Shown: in pieces, positions 9,082-17,229 of the stretch
Layout: the number at the start of each line of letters is the position of its first letter
How positions within the stretch are numbered: the first letter of the stretch is position 1
NCBI GenBank assembly: GCA_036405415.1
Contig: DASWXP010000002.1
Span: 340,803-404,802 of the forward strand
Direction of reading: 5' to 3'
Source: Minisyncoccota bacterium
GTDB taxonomy: Bacteria > Patescibacteriota > Minisyncoccia > Phycocordibacterales > Phycocordibacteraceae
Length of the DNA stretch: 64,000 nucleotides
Translations under genes and position numbers: made by a program
The notes under the pieces: model-generated
Told to the model about the DNA's origin: nothing
Databases searched by the model: none
Seen by the model: the letters and a program-made list of their open reading frames with translations, nothing else

Positions 9082-9750
9082 ATGAGGATACTTGTTGTCG
9101 AAGACGAGGCGCGTATCTCCCGCTTCCTCAAGGAATCGCTCGAAGCAGAGTTCTTCGCGGTCGATGTCGCTGAGGACGGCGAGCAAGGCTCGTACTTCGC
9201 GCGCACCAACGAGTATGATCTCGTCGTGCTCGATAACATGCTCCCGAAGAAGGACGGGTTGCAGGTATGCAAGGAAATCCGCGCGAGCGGCAAGACCATG
9301 CCGATACTCGTGGTGTCCGTGAAGACCGGAACGTTCGATAAGGTGGACCTACTCGACGCAGGTGCGGACGATTATCTCGCCAAGCCTTTCGTGCTTGAGG
9401 AGCTCCTCGCAAGAGTGCGCGCGCTCATGCGGCGACCTACCGTCATCGAGAGTGACGTGCTGCGGGTCGAGGACATCGAGCTCGACGCGAAGGCAGGAAC
9501 CGTTCGCCGCAGCGACCGCGACATCACACTCACGCGCAAGGAATTCATGCTCCTGCAGTACCTCATGCGGAACGAGGGGACGGTGCTTTCCCGCGGCATG
9601 ATACTTGAGCACGTATGGGATATGAGCGTGGACATCTTCTCCAACACCATTGAGTCCCACATCCTTTCCCTCCGCAAGAAGCTCGGGGACACGAAGGACG
9701 ACCGTATCATCCAGACCATCTCAGGACGCGGATACCGCATGGGCGGATAG
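9082..9750 (+). CDS. OmpR/PhoB family response regulator
   Basis: MRILVVEDE, LVVLDNMLP, GADDYLAKPF; winged helix LTRKEF...GRGY. Confidence 0.95.
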   Translation: MRILVVEDEARISRFLKESLEAEFFAVDVAEDGEQGSYFARTNEYDLVVLDNMLPKKDGLQVCKEIRASGKTMPILVVSVKTGTFDKVDLLDAGADDYLAKPFVLEELLARVRALMRRPTVIESDVLRVEDIELDAKAGTVRRSDRDITLTRKEFMLLQYLMRNEGTVLSRGMILEHVWDMSVDIFSNTIESHILSLRKKLGDTKDDRIIQTISGRGYRMGG

Positions 9751-9831
9751 CCGCTATCTTTTCTTCATATTTTCGTTATCGCTCTCTGAGAGAGTGTGTG
9801 CGGACTGGTCATTACATACAGGGAGACTCTG

Positions 9832-10503
9832 ATGACCGATGAGATTAGTGATACGAAAGCCGCATACGATCGCATGGGCGTTGCGTACGACGCCCTTTCA
9901 GAAGACTTCCATCAACAGGTCGCCTACCCCGCACTCCTTGCGCTTCTTGAGCGAGGGCTCGGCCCGCTACGAGCCCGAACGATACTGGACGTGGGCTGCG
10001 GTTCAGGGAGACTCGTGCGGCTTCTGCAGCAGAAAGGCGCAATCGCTTCTGGCATCGATCTTTCCGATGGCATGGCGTCGCGTGGCAGAGCAGCGGGAGT
10101 TCCGATAACTACCGGCTCGATGCTCGATCTTCCTTACGAGGACGAATCGTTCGATGCGGTGGTCTCGTACCACTCGTTCAACTATGTTCCGTTCCCGTAT
10201 CAGAGGCGCGCCATCGAAGAGCAGTCTCGAGTGCTCAAGCGCGGAGGAACATTGCTCCTCTCCCTCTTCCATACAGACACACCTGTACGGACTCCGCGCG
10301 CGGTTACGAGCGAAGGCGAGGAGCTCATACTGTATCTCAGAACACTCGATGAGATGCGTGACTTGGTGAGCTCGTGCCACTGCATCACACACCAAGCGCC
10401 GGTAGCGACGCCCGCGCAAGCAGCGCTCGTCCCTGAGAATGTGCGTGCGCTCGTGACCGAACGCCCCTACGCTCTGTTCATCGTCGCGCACCGCATTGTC
10501 TGA
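9832..10503 (+). CDS. Class I SAM-dependent methyltransferase
   Basis: ILDVGCGSG, LPYEDESFDAV and RVLKRGG motifs. Confidence 0.92.
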   Translation: MTDEISDTKAAYDRMGVAYDALSEDFHQQVAYPALLALLERGLGPLRARTILDVGCGSGRLVRLLQQKGAIASGIDLSDGMASRGRAAGVPITTGSMLDLPYEDESFDAVVSYHSFNYVPFPYQRRAIEEQSRVLKRGGTLLLSLFHTDTPVRTPRAVTSEGEELILYLRTLDEMRDLVSSCHCITHQAPVATPAQAALVPENVRALVTERPYALFIVAHRIV

Positions 10504-10510
10504 ACCCTTC

Positions 10511-10538
10511 GACATCCCGCTTCTGCGGGATGTCTTCT
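10511..10538 (+). terminator. Hairpin/terminator between the methyltransferase and ThiF genes
   Basis: GACATCCCGC-TTCT-GCGGGATGTC followed by TTCT. Confidence 0.6.
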
Positions 10539-10645
10539 TATGCGAAATTCATATTTCGATTACCTTTTCTTGATCGTGGCTCTACATCGGGACTCGTACC
10601 CTTCACTCTGGTTGTTCCTTACACGCATCAGAAAAGGAGTTTGCG

Positions 10646-11620
10646 ATGCACATGTTTACCGGCGTCTCGCTTCCAGAGAATCCAGGCCACGATACGGTCT
10701 ACACGCTTCTGCCGAGCGCTTCAGACGATGCCTACTACCGCGAGCGCACCAACCGGAATATCGGCTGGATAACGGAGACCGAGCAGCAAATCCTCCGGGA
10801 TTCTGTAATCGGCATCGCCGGCTGCGGCGGCATGGGAGGCCTGCTCGCTTCCCTATTCTGCCGGATGGGCATCGGCGAGGTCCGGGTTGCGGATTCTGAG
10901 GTCTTCGATCTCTCGAACGTGAATCGGCAGTTCGGCGCGAGCCGCACGAGCATCGGGCGCTCAAAAGCGCTCGAGACCGCACGGCTCACCCGCGCCATAT
11001 GTGACGACAATACGCTCATGGTGTTCCCGCAGGGCATCACCGAGGAGTCTGCCCAGGATTTCGCCCAGGGATGCCATATCATTCTCGACGAGATCGAATT
11101 CTGGGCAGTAGGGTCCCGCATCCTCCTGCATCAAGCCGCCCGTTCCTTTGGCGCGTCGCTTCTTAACTGCAATGCCGTCGGGTTCGGATCACGATTGTTC
11201 CGCTTCGATCCCGAAGGATTCACCATGGAGGAGCTTCTCGATCTCTCCTATGAGGACGCGAAGGTCCTGCAGGAACGCATTCAGTCCGGGACGGCCAGTA
11301 CCGAGGAAGTAACGCTCGTGATGGAGCGTATGTTCCGCGGCCTGGTGCCGGAACTGCCTGAATACGCTTCGGAAGACGCGGGCTACAGCACCGTCTCTGC
11401 GGTGCGAACACGGCTTCTGACCGAGCAACGTGCATCCATCGTCTCGTCAACGCCGCTCCTCGCCTCAGGATTCCTCGCGACGCATACCGTCTTCGAGCTC
11501 CTGAGTAAGAGTACTATCCCGCGGGTATACCAGCGACCGCCTGCGGCACCGGGCTACCTGATCATCGACGCGGGCTTCCACGAGGCCCGGGTCGTACACC
11601 GGAAAGGATCCGACCTATGA
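10646..11620 (+). CDS. ThiF/MoeB (E1-like) adenylyltransferase
   Basis: RNIGWITETEQQILR, IAGCGGMG, ADSEVFDLSNVNRQ and GRSKA motifs; SD AAGGAG. Confidence 0.92.
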   Translation: MHMFTGVSLPENPGHDTVYTLLPSASDDAYYRERTNRNIGWITETEQQILRDSVIGIAGCGGMGGLLASLFCRMGIGEVRVADSEVFDLSNVNRQFGASRTSIGRSKALETARLTRAICDDNTLMVFPQGITEESAQDFAQGCHIILDEIEFWAVGSRILLHQAARSFGASLLNCNAVGFGSRLFRFDPEGFTMEELLDLSYEDAKVLQERIQSGTASTEEVTLVMERMFRGLVPELPEYASEDAGYSTVSAVRTRLLTEQRASIVSSTPLLASGFLATHTVFELLSKSTIPRVYQRPPAAPGYLIIDAGFHEARVVHRKGSDL

Positions 11621-12198
11621 CCGAAGGATTGAGCGTCTTCCTGGCAGAGCGCGAGGAAGACATAAGCGAGGTACACCGCCTCGTTGAGCGCATCTATCTG
11701 GCTTCGTACGGCACCGTGCCAAAGTCAGCCCATGCGTACGGCGCGGTTCGCCGCGGAGATGAGGTGGTTGCATGCCTCGGGTTCGACCACGCCGAGCCTG
11801 ATGGCAGATTCGCGATAGAGCGTATCTACTCGCTCGACCGCAGCACCTATCCGGTTCCTGTCGAGAGCAAGAGCACTGCCCAGTTCGGCCGCCTCGTCTC
11901 GAGCGAGCCGTGTCTCGGTAGGCTCGCAGTACATACCGGCATCTGGTTTGCGGTCAGGTCCGGAAAGCGGCTCGGCATTATCGAGCACACCGATACTATC
12001 CATCGCGTGGCGCTCGGATTCGGCCTTGTGCTCATCGATATACCTGTATGGGAAATCGACCTCAGCGAGACTCTTCCCGGAGACCGCGGTTACTACGAGA
12101 AGCGCGAGGGCAAACCGTACCTCATGGACCTCGAGCGATCCCTTGAGCGTACGGCTGCAAAGCTCCCATCGGACGTTCTCGCGCTTTTCGGGGAATGA
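11617..12198 (+). CDS. Putative GNAT-fold acyltransferase (thermostable-hemolysin/FeeM/LuxI-like)
   Basis: HRLVERIYLASYG, VVACLG, FAIERIY and AQFGRLVS pattern; ATGA overlap with the ThiF stop. Confidence 0.65.
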   Translation: MTEGLSVFLAEREEDISEVHRLVERIYLASYGTVPKSAHAYGAVRRGDEVVACLGFDHAEPDGRFAIERIYSLDRSTYPVPVESKSTAQFGRLVSSEPCLGRLAVHTGIWFAVRSGKRLGIIEHTDTIHRVALGFGLVLIDIPVWEIDLSETLPGDRGYYEKREGKPYLMDLERSLERTAAKLPSDVLALFGE

Positions 12199-12266
12199 TG
12201 TTTTTTCACGATACAAGCTTCTGGTGCGGGCTGCCTCGCATGCCCGCACCTCTATATACTTAGACC

Positions 12267-14222
12267 ATGGCACCGAACCTCACGCCGGATATCCTGCTGC
12301 TTGCGATCGTCGCGGTCGCTAACGTCTCTATCGGGACGTATGTGTTTCTGCGCAAGCCTGAGGACCGAGCGCGACAGGCCTTCTTCCTCTTTGTTACCGG
12401 AGGCGCGCTCTGGGTAGGAGGGTTCGTGCTGCTTTCGCTCACACATAATTTCTCGTTCGACATCGTGACGAACTACGGAGGGCTGCTCCTCATCGCCGGC
12501 ACCCTCTGGTTCGCGCAGAACTTCCCGCGCCCCATCATGCTTCCGGTGCGGTCTTGGCTGCTCTATTTCCCGTTCCTAATAATCGCGGCCGGTGTCATAC
12601 CGCAGCAGCTCATCGTGCTTGGCATTGAGCCGCTTCCGGGTGGCGGCTTCGTGCCGATCGTGGGGCCGCTGTTGCCGCTCTGGAGCCTCATAGCGGTTAC
12701 CTATACGCTCGCTGCAATCTTAATCCTTATATATCGATTCCGGAGATCAACCGGACGCGAGCGCCTGCAGCTCGGATACGTATTCGCCGGCGTAAGCACG
12801 TTCGCTTTGTCTGCCGTCGCGTTCGATATGGTACTGCCCGTATTCGGCGTCACGGAACTCAAAGGTATCGGTCCCCTTACCTCCATCGTCTTCGTGGGAG
12901 CGACCGCCTATGCGATAGCACGGCATCAGCTCATGGATATCCGCATCGTCATACAGCGAGGGTTCACGTACAGCGTCTTGCTCGGACTCATCGTCATCTG
13001 CTACCTGAGCGTGCTCTCCGTACTCGGAACGCTCTTCCCGAATGAGGCGAGCGGCATATCTCTCGCCGCGTCACTCGTTACTATCACGCTCGGCATCATC
13101 GGCGTTCCGTACATCGAACGCTGGTTCAGGAAAGCTACGGATCGCATATTCTTCAAGGGAACGTATGAGTACGCCACCGCTCTTGAGACCCTATCTGCGG
13201 TACTGCATGCGAACGTGGAGCTTTCAGACCTCGTGCGTGAATCAGAGCAGGCGCTTGCGCGTATCCTGAGAGCGACATCCGTCCGCATCGCGCTTGGCCA
13301 AAGCGCTCACAAGAACGCAGTGCTTCTCGTTCCTATTGGCCTTGATGGCGAGCACATCGGCTGCATCCAGGTTGAAGCGAAGCGATCCGGCGACCCGTAT
13401 ACTCCGCAGGACCTCCAGCTCCTCAAGACATTCGCATACCAGGCAGCCACAGCGCTCTCGCGCGCGCAGCTGTACGCTGACGTGAAAGAGCACGCGAGGG
13501 ATCTTGAAGCTAAGGTTGCGGAACGCACCCGGGAACTCTCGCAGACGCAGGCACGCGAGCGGCAGATGCTGAATGATCTCTCGCATAACCTGCAGACCCC
13601 ACTCACCGTGCTCCAGACGAGACTTGATCGCTTGAAGCCGATCCTGAAGGACCAGGCCGAGGTACGCGCGCTCGAGCAATCCCTCGGGAGTTTCTCGGGA
13701 TTCGTCTACGAGCTGCTTTCACTTGCGCGCCTTGAAGGAGGCAGGCGCGTGGCGCGAATCCCGCTTGATCTGAGCGCGCTCGTGAGCGAGCTCGTTGACG
13801 AGATCAGCGTTATCGCGGAGAATCGCGGCATATGGGTTGAAAGCCGTATCGATGAGGGCTTGTATGTAAAGGGCGACGAGAGGCAGCTTCGCGAGGCGCT
13901 CATGAATCTGGCGAGCAATGCACTCAAATACCTGAAACCAGACGGAGAACGGAGCATAGCTTTTACGCTCATGCGAGAGAGCGATGCTGTCGTGCTTGAG
14001 ATACGCGACACAGGTACGGGCATTGCTCCTGAGGATCTGCCACGCATATTCGAGCGGTTCTATCGGGGAAGCCGCGTTCGGGACGACCTGCAGGGCACGG
14101 GCCTCGGGCTCGCGATCGTCAAGCGCATAGTCGAGCAACATAAAGGCACCGTCTCAGCGCAAAGTGTTCATAGTCAGGGTACGACCATGACGGTGCGCTT
14201 GCCGCTCCTTTCGGAGCACTAG
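12267..14222 (+). CDS. Sensor histidine kinase with a multi-TM N-terminus (HisKA_7TM-like), GAF-like region, HisKA and HATPase
   Basis: About 9 TM helices; YAIARHQLMDIR; YTPQDLQLL; SHNLQTPLT; NLASNALKY; DTGTGI; GTGLGLAI. Confidence 0.92.
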   Translation: MAPNLTPDILLLAIVAVANVSIGTYVFLRKPEDRARQAFFLFVTGGALWVGGFVLLSLTHNFSFDIVTNYGGLLLIAGTLWFAQNFPRPIMLPVRSWLLYFPFLIIAAGVIPQQLIVLGIEPLPGGGFVPIVGPLLPLWSLIAVTYTLAAILILIYRFRRSTGRERLQLGYVFAGVSTFALSAVAFDMVLPVFGVTELKGIGPLTSIVFVGATAYAIARHQLMDIRIVIQRGFTYSVLLGLIVICYLSVLSVLGTLFPNEASGISLAASLVTITLGIIGVPYIERWFRKATDRIFFKGTYEYATALETLSAVLHANVELSDLVRESEQALARILRATSVRIALGQSAHKNAVLLVPIGLDGEHIGCIQVEAKRSGDPYTPQDLQLLKTFAYQAATALSRAQLYADVKEHARDLEAKVAERTRELSQTQARERQMLNDLSHNLQTPLTVLQTRLDRLKPILKDQAEVRALEQSLGSFSGFVYELLSLARLEGGRRVARIPLDLSALVSELVDEISVIAENRGIWVESRIDEGLYVKGDERQLREALMNLASNALKYLKPDGERSIAFTLMRESDAVVLEIRDTGTGIAPEDLPRIFERFYRGSRVRDDLQGTGLGLAIVKRIVEQHKGTVSAQSVHSQGTTMTVRLPLLSEH

Positions 14223-14481
14223 CTTCCCCATCCTCATACCGGACCAGCTATCCGACCTTCGATAGAAGACCGGTGTTGCGCAAGCTGGCCCGATATAAAG
14301 AAACGCAAGCGTGCGAGTCACTGGACAGAGTCTACTTGAACGACCTAAAGGAATTCTAAAATTTCCATAGAGCGAAGATGGAGTGGCAGTTATGCACCGT
14401 GTTCTGCAAAACCTGGTTCCCAGGGCCCATACTTACTAGGTGTCGCGATTATCCGGTTCCTTAAGAGTCATAACGTATCGT

Positions 14482-14685
14482 ATGTCTGCACTTAAGCCTG
14501 TCGCGTTCATCCTCGTTATCGTCGGTGCCCTCAACTGGGGGCTCGTCGGTCTAGGCGGGTTCATGGGTTCTGAATGGAATCTCGTGAACATGCTGTTCGG
14601 CATGTGGCCGATGGTCGAGTGGATCATCTATATCCTCGTCGGCCTTTCGGCTATCGTCCTCCTCGCAACCAAGCGCAGGATGTAG
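14482..14685 (+). CDS. DUF378 family small membrane protein
   Basis: ILVIVGALNWGLVG...IYILVGLS. Confidence 0.88.
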   Translation: MSALKPVAFILVIVGALNWGLVGLGGFMGSEWNLVNMLFGMWPMVEWIIYILVGLSAIVLLATKRRM

Positions 14686-14699
14686 CGGCACCCCCAAGC

Positions 14700-14731
14700 G
14701 AGAAAGCGCCGCTTCAAAGCGGCGCTTTCTC
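14700..14731. terminator. Bidirectional terminator between convergent genes
   Basis: GAGAAAGCGCCGCT-TCAA-AGCGGCGCTTTCTC. Confidence 0.75.
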
Positions 14732-14737
14732 TATCTC

Positions 14738-16426
14738 CTACCACCAGATGCCTTGCATCCCGGCTATCTTCATATGCGTTCTCGTTACCGGACCGAGGTA
14801 GCCTAGAGCGGGCGCGATGCCGTGCGCCGCCTGGTACCCAGCGAGTGCAGCGCGCGTCAGTGCACCAAAGAGATCAGTCTCGCTCCCTGCAGAACCAGGG
14901 CCCGTATTCGCAACTACGAATCCATTTGCATTCAATAGCTTCTGGAGCGACCGCACGTCCTCTCCCGACATGCCTGTCACAAGATCCCGGACCGGCAGCG
15001 GTACCGTGCTGTCATGCTTGTTCACTTCCTCCTCCGGGAAGAGTCTCGGGTACTGGCGCATGAGCTCCTCTGCGCGTGCGGTATTGCCCATTCGGATAAG
15101 TGCTTTCACGCGGGACTGGATGCTGGTCCCGGTTCTCCGGCTTGACGTCTCCTCGACCTCAGTCGGAGCAGGTTCCGGCTCAGTAGATATGTACTGGAAG
15201 AGGCGCACGCCGGGCGTGCCGTTCTGTCCTACCGCGACTGTTATGCGCTCATCCTCGTAATAGAGATGCGGCTCGCCGAGAAAGTCCATGGCGAGGTCGA
15301 CTACCCCGCTCGTTCCGAAGCTCGATATCGGATCCCCATCCAGATCGTAGGCGCGAAGCACGCCCTGGTCTCCGGAGAGAATGCCTCCTACCACGAGCGC
15401 CCCATCGCCATCAGCAACCATACCCTGGATCTGGTCGTTCACCGCCGAATCGTCCACGGTTACGACGTCGAAATCTTCTCCATCCTCGTCGATTCGGACA
15501 TAGAACGCATGACGGTCGAAGTTATCGCTCACGTACCCGCCGAGCATGATGCTTCCGTCGCTCGCGATCGAGAGGTGCTCGCTGCGGGCATAATCCACGC
15601 CAGGAACGGCTTCGGTGAAGATACCGTTCGACGCGAAGCTCGTATCGAGATCGCCATCGGCTTCAACCGCATAGACTGCCACATCGTCTCCCACATACCC
15701 GCCAAGCAGGAAGCTGCCGTCCTCGCGCATGGCCATGTCGGTCAGGTTCGTGTTCGCGAACGTGGTGATACCGTTGATACCGAACGAAGGATCAAGGACT
15801 CCGGCTTGGGAATAGCGCGCAAGGAACGAGTCTCCCTGATCGTTATCCTCGCCGAGCACGATGATGCGGTTGTTGCTGTCGACCTCGACCGCAAGGAAGC
15901 TGTACTGGTCGCCGATCATGAGCGCGTACCCGTCATGGGTCGTTCCGCTCTCGCTGTAATGGTTGCCGAAGGAGGTATCAAGGACTCCTCCTGAGGACAA
16001 CCGCCCGATAAAGCCGCCATAGCTGTCTGTCGTATTGCCGTAGTTTCCGACGAAGAGGATCTGGCTCCCCTGGAGCGCGATATCTCGCACCACCGCTAGG
16101 CCATTGATATCGAACGTGAACGAGCCTCCGGTGCCGAACGAGGTATCGAGCGCTCCGGCTGCGGTAACGCGCACGATGCTCGACGGGTAGGGATCCGGAC
16201 CCACGAACGAGTTCGCGGAGAATATGATCTTCCCGTCCGGCTGCTTCAGGAGTCCCGTTACCTCAGGCTCGCTGTCAGCAAGCCCTACCTGGGTCGCGGT
16301 GAAGAACACCGAACCATCGGTATCAAAAGCGGTATCAAGCCCGCCATACGCGGCGTGAACGAAAGTAGACGGCACTGCGAGAAGCGATAGGAGCATCGCA
16401 GCAAAAAATGCGGTATTCCTGAGCAT
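14738..16426 (-). CDS. Secreted delta-60-repeat (beta-propeller) surface protein with a C-terminal PG-binding domain
   Basis: Signal peptide; repeated LD(T/P)SFG-G and QPDGKI units; GEDVRSLQKLLN...FGALTRAAL. Confidence 0.85.
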   Translation of the reverse strand: MLRNTAFFAAMLLSLLAVPSTFVHAAYGGLDTAFDTDGSVFFTATQVGLADSEPEVTGLLKQPDGKIIFSANSFVGPDPYPSSIVRVTAAGALDTSFGTGGSFTFDINGLAVVRDIALQGSQILFVGNYGNTTDSYGGFIGRLSSGGVLDTSFGNHYSESGTTHDGYALMIGDQYSFLAVEVDSNNRIIVLGEDNDQGDSFLARYSQAGVLDPSFGINGITTFANTNLTDMAMREDGSFLLGGYVGDDVAVYAVEADGDLDTSFASNGIFTEAVPGVDYARSEHLSIASDGSIMLGGYVSDNFDRHAFYVRIDEDGEDFDVVTVDDSAVNDQIQGMVADGDGALVVGGILSGDQGVLRAYDLDGDPISSFGTSGVVDLAMDFLGEPHLYYEDERITVAVGQNGTPGVRLFQYISTEPEPAPTEVEETSSRRTGTSIQSRVKALIRMGNTARAEELMRQYPRLFPEEEVNKHDSTVPLPVRDLVTGMSGEDVRSLQKLLNANGFVVANTGPGSAGSETDLFGALTRAALAGYQAAHGIAPALGYLGPVTRTHMKIAGMQGIWW

Positions 16427-16513
16427 TACAACGTATCTAAGAGCAATGACTTCAGTATACAGGTCCTGATAGCAGAAAGACCGCTTCTGAGCGGTCTTTC
16501 TGCGTAACGCGTG

Positions 16514-16584
16514 TTGCGGGGGCCGGAATCGAACCGGCGTCTGGAGGTTATGAGCCTCCCGAGGTACCTCTCCTCTACCCCGCT
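16514..16584 (-). tRNA. Initiator tRNA-fMet(CAT), variant anticodon stem
   Basis: AGCGGGG...CCCCGCAA with 1:72 mismatch and A11:U24; GGAGG-CTCATAA-CCTCC; upstream TTGCAA-N17-TATTAT promoter. Confidence 0.87.
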
Positions 16585-16624
16585 ATAGGCATATAATACG
16601 CCATATCCTGACGTATTGCAAGTC

Positions 16625-17221
16625 CTAAATCTCGCCGTGCTCGCGCATCACCGTCTCATAGAGCGCGATGGTTCGATGCGCCATGTGCTCCTCGAGCTGG
16701 TAGGCCGAACCGGAGTGCGCTATCTCATTGCGCACCTTGTGCGCGTCCCACGCGTTCTGGAGGGTATGGAAGCGGGATGGGTCCACCGCCTTGAGCTTCT
16801 CCCCTACCGAGTCGCCCGGATACCCGAGCTGCGAAAGGAGGTCGTCGAGCATGATGTCGGCTTCGATGATGGCCTGGCGCCAGTCGCTCTCATGCGGGCT
16901 CTCGATGAGCTGCCGCACATGCGCCCAGCGGCTATGGTCGCGTGTCTCCTCGGCATGCTCCGCATGGAGCGTCGCGTGACGCACTTCGTCCTCGTGCTCG
17001 GTCTGGTGGTACCGGATGACCGCGTTCACGAATACGATGAGGAGCGCTATGGAGATGACGAGCGAGAGCGCCGTCACGAGAAGCCAGATCTGGCTCGCGA
17101 GCGCCATGATGCCGCCCGCCTCGAACACGAACCCTCGCGGGCTCGTGATGAGCTCATAGAAGAGCCTGAAGAAGTACTCGACGTTGAGGAAATGTACGGT
17201 CGGTGCGGTAGTCGTTCCCAT
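16625..17221 (-). CDS. Conserved hypothetical membrane-anchored protein
   Basis: One TM helix, then AIIEADIMLD...GEKLK...AWDAHKVRNEIAH; same strand as and just downstream of gatA. Confidence 0.75.
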   Translation of the reverse strand: MGTTTAPTVHFLNVEYFFRLFYELITSPRGFVFEAGGIMALASQIWLLVTALSLVISIALLIVFVNAVIRYHQTEHEDEVRHATLHAEHAEETRDHSRWAHVRQLIESPHESDWRQAIIEADIMLDDLLSQLGYPGDSVGEKLKAVDPSRFHTLQNAWDAHKVRNEIAHSGSAYQLEEHMAHRTIALYETVMREHGEI

Positions 17222-17229
17222 TGAGACGA

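Noticed and set aside
10646-11620. ThiF as part of a ubiquitin-like anti-phage system or of thiamine/molybdopterin synthesis
   Set aside because: No E2, JAB, CD-NTase, ubiquitin-like, ThiS/ThiG or MoaD genes are adjacent.
11617-12198. Literal hemolysin toxin
   Set aside because: There is no signal peptide or pore-forming feature. The resemblance is to a GNAT-fold family whose name is historical.
14223-14481. Possible RiPP precursor peptide for the ThiF enzyme (minus-strand MEILEFL*, or plus-strand 28-aa MEWQLC...)
   Set aside because: Neither has an RBS or promoter support, there is no terminal Asn as in microcin C, and no exporter or peptidase is nearby. They are consistent with chance micro-ORFs.
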